From Octopus vulgaris (lineage: Eukaryota), in NCBI GenBank assembly GCA_951406725.2, contig OX597818.1, positions 15,252,001-15,316,000 of the forward strand: a stretch of 64,000 bases of DNA, read 5' to 3'. The notes beneath the pieces are model-generated. The model had not been told where the DNA came from. It worked only from the letters and a program-made list of their open reading frames with translations, and did not search any database. Made by a program: the position numbers and the translations under genes. Below, piece by piece: positions 14,054 through 26,887 of the stretch (positions are counted from its first letter, which is position 1; every line of letters starts with the position of its first letter).

Positions 14054-14355
14054 TATGTGAATGGATATGTGAGAATGTATTTCATAGGGAATATATGTGT
14101 TTGTGTGTTATACGTAAGTGTGTGTATGTGTATCTAAATGTAATTATTTTACTGAAAATATATATGTATGACTGTGTATATGAGTACATGTGCTTTTCCT
14201 CCCTTGTAATATTCGTAGATCAGGGGAAAAAAATTGGTCTTATAACGGTACCTGGCATTAGCTCTATGACAATTATACTAAAGTTGTGAAAACACTTGAT
14301 TTGGTGAACTGATTTTATAAATGTGGCCAGAAATAAAGTTGCCATCTCTTTGCAG

Positions 14356-14470
14356 GGAAATAACAGCTTTTGAAGAATTAGTTTTACTAAAAGAATATGA
14401 AAAGTATGAAAACATCATCGCAGAAAAAGTCGAAGAGAGATTCAAAGAAAAACTTGATATGGAAAGAAAG
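14356..14470 (+). CDS. CFAP44: CFAP44 exon C (EITAFEELVLLKEYEKYENIIAEKVEERFKEKLDMERK)
   Basis: tttgcag acceptor, AAG/gtaaga donor, 115 nt, phase 2-0. Confidence 0.92.
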
Positions 14471-15160
14471 GTAAGAATGTGTCCTCCTCATCCGCTTTTT
14501 CATCTTCCCCTTCTTCCACCCCTTCACTTCCCCCTCTCCTCCTCTCCTCCCTCTTCTTCCTCCCCTTCCTTCCCATCTCCTCCTCCTCCTTCTTCCATTT
14601 CCCCTCTCCCCCCACCCCATTTTTCATCTTCTATTTCATTGTTGTTTACATTAGGTGTACCTGGATAAGAAATGTTCTTACAAATCAGTGCTGACTATAA
14701 AATCTCAAGGAAATCTGCAGAGGTGCACGTAGTTCTGAGTTCAGTCCTACTGTGTGGCACCTTGGTCAAGTGTGTTCTACCATAGCCTCAGGCTGACAAA
14801 GCCTTGTGGGTAGATTTGGTAGATAGAAACTGAAAGAAGACTCTTGTATATGTGTGTGTGTGTGTTTATATATATGTGTGTGTGTGTGTATGTATGTATG
14901 AATGTATGTATGTATGTATGTATGTATGTATCTATGTATATAAATAAATAGATCTGGGTGCATTCAGGTGATTTTATATAGATTTTTCGATATGCAAGCT
15001 ACATCCACTGAAAATTATTCATCTGCACAGGTACTTCCTGTACTCCAAATCTAAGTAAAATCATTCAATTGGTTGGTTGGCGAAAACCTGAAAATGCACT
15101 TGTAACTTACTCTAAAATGTCTCAAACAGATTCAGTAAATAGTAAAAAAATGGCTTAGGA

Positions 15161-18122
15161 ATGTCAGGGAAACAGGTCTGGCTCAGCAGGTGTCCCGATG
15201 TATCACAGGCTGGACCTGGTCGTCATCCTGCCACTGTGGTCAAACAATCTTCAAGAAAAAGTAAAAATAAACATCCTTTGAATTGCGGTTGTTGGAATGT
15301 GCGCACACTTCTTGATGATAATTTCAACAAGAGGCCAGAAAGGTGTACTGCACTTATTGCATGTGAGCTTAAGAAATATTCCCTTGATATAGTTGTGCTC
15401 TCTGAAACCCATCTCTCTGGTGAGGGTCAAGTAAATGAACCTACTTATGGATATACTATCTTTTGGAGAGGCTTACCTAAGGGTCAGCATAGAGAATCTG
15501 GTGTTGGGTTTGCTCTCAAGAATACATTAGTATTCTCCATTGCAGAGCTTCCGAGTGGTATATCTGAACAGATCATGTCATGCCGTATTAAACTGACAAA
15601 AGGTAGGCTTCTTACTGTTGTCAGTATTTATGCACCAACAATCTGTAGGACAGTTTTATGATGATCTAGCATGATTATTGAGGAAAGTACCAATTTCTGA
15701 GAAGCTGGTTATATTGGGAGATTTCAATGCAAGAGTTATAAAGAACTATGTTTCATGGCCTGTTTTAGGTCAACATGGGATTGGAAAATGAAATAAAAAT
15801 GGAGCAGCTCTTTTGACGTTTTGTACTGAGAATAATCTGGTTGTCACCAACACTCTGTTTAAGCAGAAAAATAAATATAAAACCACCTGGATGCACCCAA
15901 GATCTAAGCACTAGCATCTCATAGATTATATTCTGATCAAGAAATGTGATATGAAAGACGTTTCTAGCGTTCAGGTCATGAGAGAAGCAGAGAGCTGGAC
16001 TGACCATCATCTAGTGTGTGGAAAAATAAATTTTTCGATAATGCCTAAAAATCAACAGTCTGGTCCTAAGGTACCCAAAAAGTTAAATGTTGCAAACTTT
16101 AAATTATCGAGCAACTTGCAAAGATTCCACGATGCTATAGAAAGTATCAATCTTGACCCAAACAAGCTATGGGAAGATTTCAAAACCAAAGTATTTCAGG
16201 CTGCAAGTTTGTCAGTGGGATTTAAATTACATAAGTCTAGTGACTGGTTCTCAGATAGATCTGCAGAAATTCATGATCTAATTTTAGAGAAACAAAACTT
16301 AGGCAATGCATTTCTTTCTCAGTCCTTGAACCCCAACTCAAACAAAACATGCATAAAGCTGAAAAGGAAAATGCAGACTGCTCTAAAGAAAATTAAACAG
16401 GAATGGTGGAATGATAGAGCAAAAGGGGCACAAGAAGCAGCTGATAGAAATGATGCCAAGGGTTTGTACTCTTATGCTAAGGAAGTATATGCCCAAATTC
16501 GTCCTCAATAGCACCAGTGAAAACAGGAAATGGACGTTTTCTTCTGACTGACACCGCTTCTATTCATAAGCATTTGGGAGAACATTTTTCTGCACTTTTG
16601 AATAGACCATCATCTGTTGACATGAGAATGATAGAAAAAATTGAACACCTTCCAGTTATAGAAGAGATGACATTTGAACCAACTCTAAATGACATTTATT
16701 TAGCTGTGAATAAGCTGAATAACAATAAGTCTCCAGGGTCTGATGGAATCTGTGCAGAAGTCTTGAAATATGGGGGTGACAAAATGTTTGAACTCTTAAA
16801 TATATTAATTTGTCATTGTTGGAGAACTGAGAAAGTGCTTCAAGACTGGATTGATGCCATTTTAGTCTCCTTGCATAAATCGGGACCAAAGGATCTGTGA
16901 GGTAATTTTTGTGGGATTTCGCTTTTGTCTGTGGTTGGAAAGGTACTTGCCTGCATTTTGTTAGAACGTTTAAATACTTTTATAGTTCCAAATATAGTGT
17001 CTGAGTCTCAGTGTGGTTTTCATTCCTCCAGGGGCACAGCTGATTGTATCTTTACTGTCAGACAATTACAAGGAAAGTGCATTGAACAGAATCTTGCTCT
17101 ATACCAGTGCTTTGTTGGTTTGGGCAAAGCATTTGATATTGTTAATCGAAAGGCTCTGTGGCTAATTCTAAGGAAAACAGGTTGCCCAGAAAAATTTGTA
17201 AACATGGTCAGGGCTTTGTATCAAGATATGAAAGCTAGAGTTAATTTTGGTGGTAGGCTCTCTGAATCTTTTGCTGTGGAAAATGGAGTAAAGCAAGGAG
17301 ACATTGATGCACCCACTCTCTTTGCAATATACTTTGCTGTTGTGTTGTCACATGCTTTTCAAAACTCTGAGGAGAGTATTTACATAAAATATTGAAAAAC
17401 AGGGTATGTTTTTAATCTGACCAGACTGAAATGCAAAACGAAGGTTTTTACTTCACTCATTAGGGAACTTTTGTCTGCTGACGATTGCAGTCTTGTCAGT
17501 CATTCTGAAACAGGTCTGCAATCTCTTGTATCTGTATTTGACTCAGCTTGTGATTATTTTGGCTTGACCATCAACCGGAAAAAAAAAAACAGTTGTAATG
17601 CATCAACCTGTATGTGGTGCTGTTTGTAACCCCACTAAAATTTTTGTTAAGGGAAAGTTACTTGAGGTTGTTGATTCATTCATCTACCTTGGAAGCTCTG
17701 TTCAAAATGATTGGAAATCTTGATACAGAAATACAGCTGTGAATTCAAAGGGCAGCAGAAGCATTCGGTGGCTTAGAGTCACGCATTTAGTGCCAGCGAC
17801 ATATAAATAAGAATACAAAGCTGGCTCTTCACAAATCATTTGTCTTACCATCCCTGTTGTATTCTTGTGAACTTGGACTTGTTATGAAAGGATTTTAAAC
17901 TGTTAGAACAATTCCACCCAAAATGCTTTTATTGCATTTTAAAAATTAAATGGAGCTCTTTTACTCCAAACAAAGATGTCCTTGCATCTGCAGGCATCAC
18001 CTCAATTAAAGCTATGATTTTGAGGAACCAAATGAGATGGTGTGGCCATATTATTTGATTGGCAGATGAATGCATGCCAAAACAGCTCTTTTATGGTGAG
18101 CTTGCAGAGGGGAAACACTATT
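15161..18122 (+). mobile_element. Near full-length RTE/BovB-like LINE, with many stops and frameshifts
   Basis: [91 protein letters not shown]. Confidence 0.93.
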
Positions 18123-18134
18123 GGTGTATATGTG

Positions 18135-18174
<40 letters not shown>

Positions 18175-18216
18175 TGTATGCATGTATGTATATGTGTATA
18201 TCTATATATATGTATG

Positions 18217-18271
<55 letters not shown>

Positions 18272-18476
18272 TTATATGATGGGCTTCTTTCGGTTTGTAT
18301 CTACCAAATCCACTCATAAGACTTTGTTCAGCCTGTAGTAGAAGACACTTGCCCAAGGTGCCACATTGAGCAACTGAACCCAGAACCATGTGGTTGGAAA
18401 GCAAGCTGTTTACTGCACAGCCACATCTCCACCTTTGTTAACATTTCCCGTTTTTTTTTATATGTATCTTTGTTAG

Positions 18477-18654
18477 GTCCAAGAATGTCAGGCCAAAATT
18501 GATAGCAAAATAAAAGATATTGAGAAACTTCTGGAACGTGAACGAGCCCTTCATGGAACACTTGTAACAACAATTGGAGAAAATAAGTTTGCTGATTATC
18601 TCATTAAAGTGTTCAAGAAGAAGATTAAGAGATCAAAGAAAAAGGAAACAGAAG
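18477..18654 (+). CDS. CFAP44: CFAP44 exon D (VQECQAKIDSK...IGENKFADYLIKVFKKKIKRSKKKETE)
   Basis: tgttag acceptor, G/gtacta donor, 178 nt, phase 0-1; conserved GENxKFAxxLxKVxKKKIKR motif. Confidence 0.95.
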
Positions 18655-19230
18655 GTACTAATCCATTTTCATATCTTTATTTTTATATTTTTCTTTTTTC
18701 TTTCTTTATTTTCTTGTTAGTCTGAAGAGAATGTCAGTGCCTAAACTAATTTTGCCTCTTACTTTGGATGATATGTAACCCTGTTTAGGTTACATTTTTT
18801 TGGCCTTATTTTCTGGCTTTGGAGGAAGGTGCTGTAACCATGCCTTTACAGGCCCTCCAAGACATACAAGTACAAGTGCAACATGGATTTTCTAGAAGAT
18901 TTGGTTCCAAAATCTTTCCAGATTACTGATTTTTCCAAACCAGAGCTGGTCATCTTGGTCAACACACTGTAAATCAGTGGTTCTCAAACAGGGTCCACAT
19001 AAGATTTTGCTATTAAAAATTTATGTGTAATGAACTGGTTGTATTTCAACAATATACAAAATATTTTTATCATTTTTTTCTATGCAATTCTTGATAATAT
19101 TTAATTATAAAAGTTTTTTTTTAACCTTTTAGCATATAAACTAGCCATATACAGCCAAGATATTCTACCTGTTTTATGTTCGAATAGGGCAGATCTAATC
19201 TTTCACACCTACACTACTCTATCTCTATGC

Positions 19231-19509
19231 ACCCTTTTCAAGCATAGCCCCAGTTTCCTGGCTTCTGTGGCATATGTGTTTCTCCCCAGCTGGACGGGAC
19301 GGCAGTCCATCGCAGCATTACTCATGAAACTTGAAGAAAGATTGAGAGAAAGAGTACAACAGGGGTCGCCACCACCCCCTGCCGGAGCCACGTGGAGCTT
19401 TAGGTGTCTTCGCTCAATAAACACACACAATGCCCGGTCTGGAAATCGAAACCGTGATCCTCCCAACCACGAGTCCGCTGCGCTAACCACTGGGCCATTG
19501 CGCCTCCAC
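19231..19509 (-). mobile_element. tRNA-derived SINE, second family (related copies ~20353-20600 +, 23099-23313 +, 51290-51523 -)
   Basis: Head GGAGGCGCAATGGCCCAGTGGTTAG with B-box GGTTTCGATT; nested in MITE remnants 18975-19730. Confidence 0.8.
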
Positions 19510-21589
19510 CCTACACCACACTGTCATTCAACAAATAAACAATTACATCATCAAAATCTGAAAGCTATGAGATGATGCATGATTGATTCAAAACAGGGTG
19601 AATAAATAATAAGGATTGCATTTGACAGAATAATCTGAATGCTCAGGTGCTAAAGCATCAAATGGTTATGAGTGTCCACCTGAGTAAAATAGGAATCAAA
19701 TTGGTCCATAGGCAAAAAATGGTTGAGAAATTAAGCAATTAAATTAAATTTAAAAAAAGACAATGCAGGAAAAAATAACAGACTGTATCAGAGGCAAGTG
19801 CAACAAACCCTCAAGATGAAGGCATGGCTATTGCTCCTGTTCTTTCTAGAGCCTCAAATGCTACAGTTCTAAGGATAGCAGGAGTGGAAGCAATGAGATT
19901 ACGTAAGTGACACTAGTCCCAGGGTTTGACAATGAAGCAGGAAATTAAGAAGCTGTAAGGATCTCTTCCACTTGCAAAGGTTGGACAGTGTTGCAATGGA
20001 GAGAAGATGGTGACTGGAAAAAGACAAGAAAGTATCAGAGACTGATAAAAAAAAGGTTGGCTCAAAAAAATATGATAGAAGGAAGCAGACTACAGGAGCA
20101 GGAAAGGCTCTCCAAATAAGCCACTCAGCTGACTGGAGTGCTTGAACTTTGGTGATGGAGTTGAAATAGCTATATTGATTGAGGTCAATTTGGGAAGAAT
20201 ATCAGAAGCCTCATCTTAAATCTCATCATACTATCTTTAAAAACAGGATATACTGAATAATGTGATACTGGGCTCTCTGCAGAGAGAAAAAAGACAGGAT
20301 GGTCATGGCTGCTGATGTGCCTTTGATTATAGGTTTACTTATATAGGATGTGTGGAGGCGCATGGCTTAGTGGTTAGGGTGTCAGCATCATGATCGTACG
20401 ATTGTGGTTTCAATTCCTGGACTGGGCGACGCGTTGTGTTCTTGAGCAAAACACTTCATTTCATGTTGCTCCAATCCACTCAGCTGGCAAAAATGAGTAA
20501 TACTGTGATGGACTGGCATCCCATCCAGCTGGGGACACATACGCCATTGAAACTGGGAAACCGGGCCCATGAGCCTGCTAGGCTTTAAAAAAGTGCGCAT
20601 TTATTTATTTATTTTATATAGGATGTTCCTGGTACTAAATAACAAGGGTCCCAGCTGATACGATCAACAGAACAGCTTGCTCATGAAATTAACGTGCAAG
20701 TGGCTGAGCACTCCATAAACACATGTACCCTTAATATAGTTGTCAGGGAGATTCAGCATGACACAGAATGTGACAAGGCTGGCCCTTTGAAATACAAGTA
20801 CCACTTATTTTTGCCAGCTGAGTGGACTGGGGCAATGTGAAATAAAGTGTCTTGCTCAAGGACACAATGCATCACCAGGAATTGAACTCACAACCTTACA
20901 GTCATGAGCTGAAAGCCCTGACCATGAAGCCACATGTCTTCACTGCTAAACAACAATAATGAAACAGATAGATATATATTCCACATCCTCTCTCTCTCCT
21001 TCTCCCCCTTCTCTCTTTGTGGAAAGTATGTGGCCTAGTGGCTAGGATGTTGGGTCATGATTATTTGCTCATGTGTTCATTTCTTGAACCAGACGGTGTG
21101 TTTTATCCTTGAGCAAAGCACTTCATTTTACATTGTTCCAATCCTTCCTTCTGAAGAAAACACTGACAGCAGCTGGAAATTAACCTTGCAATAAAGAGGG
21201 AGGTGACCCAATTCAGGAGGGGTGGAATAGTATACATTCAGTCATCTGAACACCTCTGAGATCAGGATAAACTGCAGCTTCATGATCCTCATAAGCCTCA
21301 TGAGTCAAAGCAGCCATAACTCATTTCCCCTCTCTTTCACTTAGTATATATGTGTTTCTATTCATGTATGTATAACGATACAGTTCTATCATCAACTTCA
21401 CCATCATCATCATCATCTCATTTAGCATCCTTTTTCCATGCTGTTAAGGGCTGGACAGCTTGACAGGAACTGGCAAAGGCCAGGGGCTGTACCAGGTTCC
21501 AGAGTCTATTTTGGTTTGGTTTCTATGGCCGAATGCCCTTCCTAATGCCAATCACTTTACAGATTGTACTGGATACTTTTATGTGGTAA

Positions 21590-21925
21590 TCCCACCAGTG
21601 CTTTTCATGTAACACCATCACCAGTGCTTTTTACATGGCACCAGTACCAGGACATTTTTCATGGCACCAGCACCAGTACTTTTAATATGACACCATCACC
21701 AATGCTTTTTACATGACACCAGCCCCAGTAATTTTTATGTGGCACCAGCACCAGTGCTTTTTACATGGCACCAGCACCAGTGCTTTTTATGAGAGACCAG
21801 CACCAGTGCATTTTACATGACACCATCACCAATGCTTTTTACATGACACCAGCCCCAGTGCTTTTTATGTGGCACCAGCACCAATGCTTTTTGCATGGCA
21901 CCAGCACCAGTGCTTTTTATGTGAC
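21590..21925. repeat. Minisatellite, ~26-bp unit, about 12 copies
   Basis: Tandem GGCACCAGCACCAGTGCTTTTTACAT variants. Confidence 0.9.
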
Positions 21926-21999
21926 GCCTTGGTTTTAGGATTTCATATATTCCAGGCTATGTCTATATTATAAAGAGTCTGTGTCTATTTTCTCCACAG

Positions 22000-22121
22000 G
22001 TACTGATGAAGAAAGTGATGGAAGCAGCTCTGAAGACAGTGACATTACTGACACAGATGAAGGCTCTGAATCAGAGTCAGCTGCTTTTGACCTTGATGTC
22101 TGTCCTTCAGGATGTGACCAG
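22000..22121 (+). CDS. CFAP44: CFAP44 exon E (GTDEESDGSSSEDSD...AFDLDVCPSGCDQ)
   Basis: tccacag acceptor, CAG/gtgaat donor, 122 nt, phase 1-0; acidic tract followed by CPxxCD as in CFAP44. Confidence 0.93.
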
Positions 22122-22428
22122 GTGAATATATTCTTTCAATATCACATCTTTACTTAAAAAGAAAAAAGAAAAAATTACGTAAACAAAAACAGACAACTCA
22201 GATAATGTATAACTTCATGGAGTAAATATATACTACTTATATGGAATAGATAAAAAACATTGATGGCTAAAATGACTAGATAGGCAATAAGTTAGATAGA
22301 TTGATAAAAAGACAGATGGATATGGATACACACACAGAGATAAACATGAAGGAACAGACAACTACTGAGAGAAACAATCTTTTCAGAGTATCCACCACCA
22401 TTACCAATTTGGTCACCTAAATAGCAAA

Positions 22429-22477
<49 letters not shown>

Positions 22478-22837
22478 ATTAAATAATGAGGGTAGAAATT
22501 GATATTAACCAATTAAAACCAGTGGTTTAGCATATTTTAAAAAATCTGAAGATTAAAAATTGTTACATACAAAGTTTAGAGGACTGACCACTAAAGTGGA
22601 CAGCCTATAGGCTAAACATAGACGTTAAATCGCCATTACCATGAAGAATGTTATCTCAAGAAAAATCTCAGCAAAAAAACAAAATGCCGAGATTTTCTAG
22701 ATGGTGTAATTTAATTTTTCATTTTGAATTGATAAAAGGTGGGTTTTTTCTAATTTAAATATATATTATATTTTGTGAAATTTGATTTAGTATTCTAAAT
22801 TGAATTTTTCCCTGTAAGTTTGGAATAATATTCCCTC

Positions 22838-22876
<39 letters not shown>

Positions 22877-23322
22877 AATATTTTCATAAGCTTACAGCTT
22901 ATGACAATCACTAAGGAAAGTAGTCTAATAAAGAGGCATATCAGCCTTTGACAGAATAAAAAAGGCTTTCCGATCCACATGGGACTCGAAACCACATCAC
23001 TTTGTTATTGCGACTAAGTGTGTTACTTTTATGCCAGTGAATCAGCCTCCCTTTTATTCTCAAATTTAAGAACTGTATATATATATATATATATATATGG
23101 AGGCGCAATGGCCTAGTGGTTAGGGCAGCGGACTTGCGGTCGGAGGATCGCGGTTTCGATTCCCAGACCGGGCGTTGTGTGTGTTTATTGAGCGAAAAAC
23201 ACCTAAAAGCTCCACGAGGCTCCGGCAGGAAGTGGTGATCCCTGCTGTACTCTTTCACCACTCTAAAAAGGCGGTGCTCCAGCATGGCCGCAGTCAAATG
23301 ACTGAAACAAGTACAAAAAAAA

Positions 23323-23469
<147 letters not shown>

Positions 23470-23530
23470 TATATGTATATATATATATATATATATATTT
23501 ATTTATATATATATGTGTGTGTATATATAT

Positions 23531-23568
<38 letters not shown>

Positions 23569-24619
23569 GCGATGTCTATAGCAAGCTAATATTTCTCCCT
23601 TCTTTTTCATACATACATACATTTGCCTACCGTTTAAATGTTTTGAACTTATACCACCAACGTGCTTTGCTTTCCTTTTTCTTTCTCTATGCTACCCTAA
23701 AAACATCGCCATTTCCGCCATTCGTTCGTCCGTTTCTCTAAAGTACCTTCAATCCTTTAATTCGATCTTCACCATTCGCGGTGCGCCTGCCCTTTCCCAC
23801 CCCCACCACCAATACTGGTGAACACTGTTCTCACTGTTCACACCATCTACACCGGATATGCCCTCCCCCACCACCATTATGTGTGTCTCTCCCTCCTACC
23901 CCTCCTCCTCACATGCTTTCACTGTGTATTACCCCACCCACCAAGACAAGCAGCTAGCGCTGCAGCTCATCAACCGCCCCACCTATCCTACGTTTCCTCC
24001 TGTTTTTGAATCTGTCACTGCCTCAACCGGCTATCTCCTTCCAGTCCCCTCCCCCACTCGTGATGTCCTACGTTTTATTTCCTACGAACATGTATCAACC
24101 CTAGCTGTCATCGTTCCTCCTTACCCCAACCCTCCCCACTGGTGCTTCCCTATATTACCTGCACCCCCAAAAAGCACCATCCGAACGTGGCCGATGCCCA
24201 CGCCGCCTTGGCTGGCTTCCGTGCCGCTGGCACGTTAAAAGCTCGAACCTATCATGACCGATGCCAGACCCACCCTGGCACCTGTGCAGGTGGCACGTTA
24301 AAAGCACCCACTACACTCGCGGAGTGGTTGGCGTTAGGAAGGGCATCCAGCCGTAGAAACTCTGCCAGATCAGACTGGAGCCTGGAGCAGCCCCTGGCTT
24401 CCCCAGACCCCGGTCAAACCGTCCAACCCATGCTAGCGCGGAAAACGGACGTTAAACGATGATGATGATGATGATGATATTATATATATACATATATATA
24501 TATATATATTATATATATACATATATATATATATATACATATATATATACATTGATATACATATATATAGATATATATATTGATATTTATATATATACAT
24601 ATATATATATGCTGTATGC

Positions 24620-26325
24620 TGATCCGATAGCCAGCAACAAACATCTGACCTAATTCCGCCCATTCCACCCAACACTACCTTGACAAGCCAGAACTCACTA
24701 TCACAAAAACAACAACAGCCTGCTTCTGCTACTACATTGGAACCAGTACCTGACCCGATTCCACCCAGCCCTACTGTTGCAAGTCAAGTTTCACTGCTGC
24801 TACCGCAACAACAACACTCTGCTACTGCTACTGCTACTACAGCCAGAATAGAAAAACCACTACTACACCCACATAAAACACCCTGCCGTTACTATTCTCA
24901 AGGCAACTGTAGATTTGGCCCCAGCGGCACCAACAACAAGGGACGCTGTGCTATTTTCCATCCTACCTTACGTTGTAGACTTGTTAAGGGCACCTGTCCA
25001 TATGGTATAACGGGAAAAAACTGCCCTCACCTCCACTCCAAATACTGCCCTAAATACAGAGTCCATGGTCCTGATCCCAAATATGGATGCACAAAAGGCA
25101 ATGGATGCACCTTCTTCCATTAAACTGTGCCAAACTTCTGTGTCACTAAGGATGTGCCTGAACCCAGAATGCAACCACCACCATCTGAAGGGCACAAAAC
25201 GATTGCAAAATAAATATAAACAGCAACAGAGGAGATCTACGACAACAACAAAGACAAAATACAACCACGTTTCCCCTCCTACAATCAAACAACGTAGACA
25301 GAACCACGAAAAAACCATAACACCAAATAACATGAAATATGTATCCTCTGACCAAGTGGCAAACCAAAGAGGTAACTCTTTTTTACTGACTTACCTAGAA
25401 AATATGAAGGCCAACCTAAGCCAGGAGATCCAACGAGCTATCAGCAACCACCTATGCAAATCACAAGGACCACACACCCACTACTAACAAGAAAATCATA
25501 CACACACAGCTCCATACAAGAACTACCCACATTGTTACCACTGAACAACATAAAACATAACTTAGAACAATGCAAACATCAAACTCCCCTTACCTCGACA
25601 TTCCTGTTAAACGTACGTGGCATCAACCCATCAATTATTGCCCTAAAATGGAAGATCTCATATATAGAGAGTTGGCTTGCCGAAACGGCACATTGCTTCC
25701 CGAGGTGAAAATAAAAGATTTCACCATTGTTTGTGCCGATCGCACAGACCGAAATAAGGGAGGGACAGCCATCTTTATCCATGACTCCTTTTCACTTGAT
25801 GCCAAGGACATATTTTCCAATGGCTATTGTGAATCGGTATCACTATTCAGCAAGGCCAAGGACATAATCATTGTTGGTCTTTACAGGCCTCCCCAAGCAC
25901 CTCTAAAGTGCTTTGAAGAGTGCCTTAGCAAAGTCAAGTCCTTCCTTCGGAGTACAACTCTGGAAACATACTAGTGATGGGTGATTTTAACCTCCCTCAT
26001 GTGAACTGGCCCACAAATACTCTGAAGTTAGGCAAATGCTCTACATCAGATAGAGCAACAGCAGAACTGCTCTTTAATCTAATGGATGAATACTTCCTGA
26101 CTCAGCTAGTGCTCGAACCAACGAGACAGAATAAAACGATCTTGGATCTGGTATTGACCAATCACTCTAGCTTCGTTCACAGTATTTCAGTTGAAAAAAA
26201 CTCTCCTCTCAGACCACGACATGGTACTCTGCAATTTTAATTCCCAACATATAAAAACCAAACCAGCCAATCCCACTCCATGGCACTCATTTGACAACAA
26301 ACTTCCACAAAGCAGACTGGGGAGC
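24620..26325 (+). mobile_element. Non-LTR retrotransposon 5' part: ORF1 with tandem CCCH-like zinc fingers and APE endonuclease; 3'-truncated (may begin ~23570)
   Basis: CRYYSQGNCRFG...CAIFH, CPYG...CPHLH, CPKY...GCTKGNGCTFFH; then LNVRGI, DRTDRNKGGTAIFI, YRPPQ, MGDFNLPHVNW, PTRQNKTILDLVLTN, LSDHDMV, NFHKADW. Confidence 0.8.
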
Positions 26326-26852
26326 AACCTTCGAACAGGGGAGGTCAGACATCTGCAGACATGTTTCAGGGTTGTTGCCTTTATCTTATATTTATAGACT
26401 GCCATATTAGTATGGTGATAACTATTAATATCCAGTAACACTGCCGTAATCTCCTTTAGAGAGACTTAGTAATTTTAATATTTCTATTATTGAAAACAAG
26501 TGGATGTATTCCACTGTAACTAGGTAAATAAAATCTTCGAACAGACGGTCAGTAGCAACACCTGCTGGGTCTGACTATGCTGCATTGATAAAGGGCAACA
26601 ACCCTGAAACATGTCTGCAGATGTTTGACTAGCAAGGTGAAGCGGCTGACCTCCCCTGTTCGAAGGTTGTAATGGACGCAGGTTCGTGTGTCATATAGCT
26701 AGCTAGAGGCGATAGCCTCTTGGAGCTAATCAGCGACAGCTTTAGTCTTATATTTATAGACTGCCATATTAGTATGGCGATAACTATTAATATCCAGTAA
26801 TGCTGCCGTAATCTCCTTTAGAGAGACTTAGTAATTTTAATATTTCTATTAT
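26325..26852 (+). mobile_element. Retrozyme/PLE-like non-coding element: 362-bp unit, 107-bp terminal direct repeat, 5' inverted fragment
   Basis: 26384-26490 is repeated at 26746-26852; 26325-26385 is the reverse complement of 26587-26624 joined to 26646-26669; ends in (TA)n. Confidence 0.75.
26580..26620 (+). ncRNA. Minimal type I hammerhead ribozyme, U3-A8 core variant
   Basis: CTGCA-TTGATAA-AGGG-caacaa-CCCT-GAAACATGTC-TGCAG: stem I 5 bp, stem II 4 bp, palindromic stem III ACATGT, GUC cleavage triplet. Confidence 0.75.
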
Positions 26853-26887
26853 ATATATATATATATAACAAATGAAAGACAGAAGAT

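Noticed and set aside
21590-21925. CRISPR-like array
   Set aside because: Contiguous degenerate units with no unique spacers, eukaryotic context, no cas genes
22965-23175. tRNA-like sequences (minus ~22970-23047; plus 23099-23172)
   Set aside because: A/B boxes are present but no clean cloverleaf and they continue into repeat bodies: SINE heads, not tRNA genes
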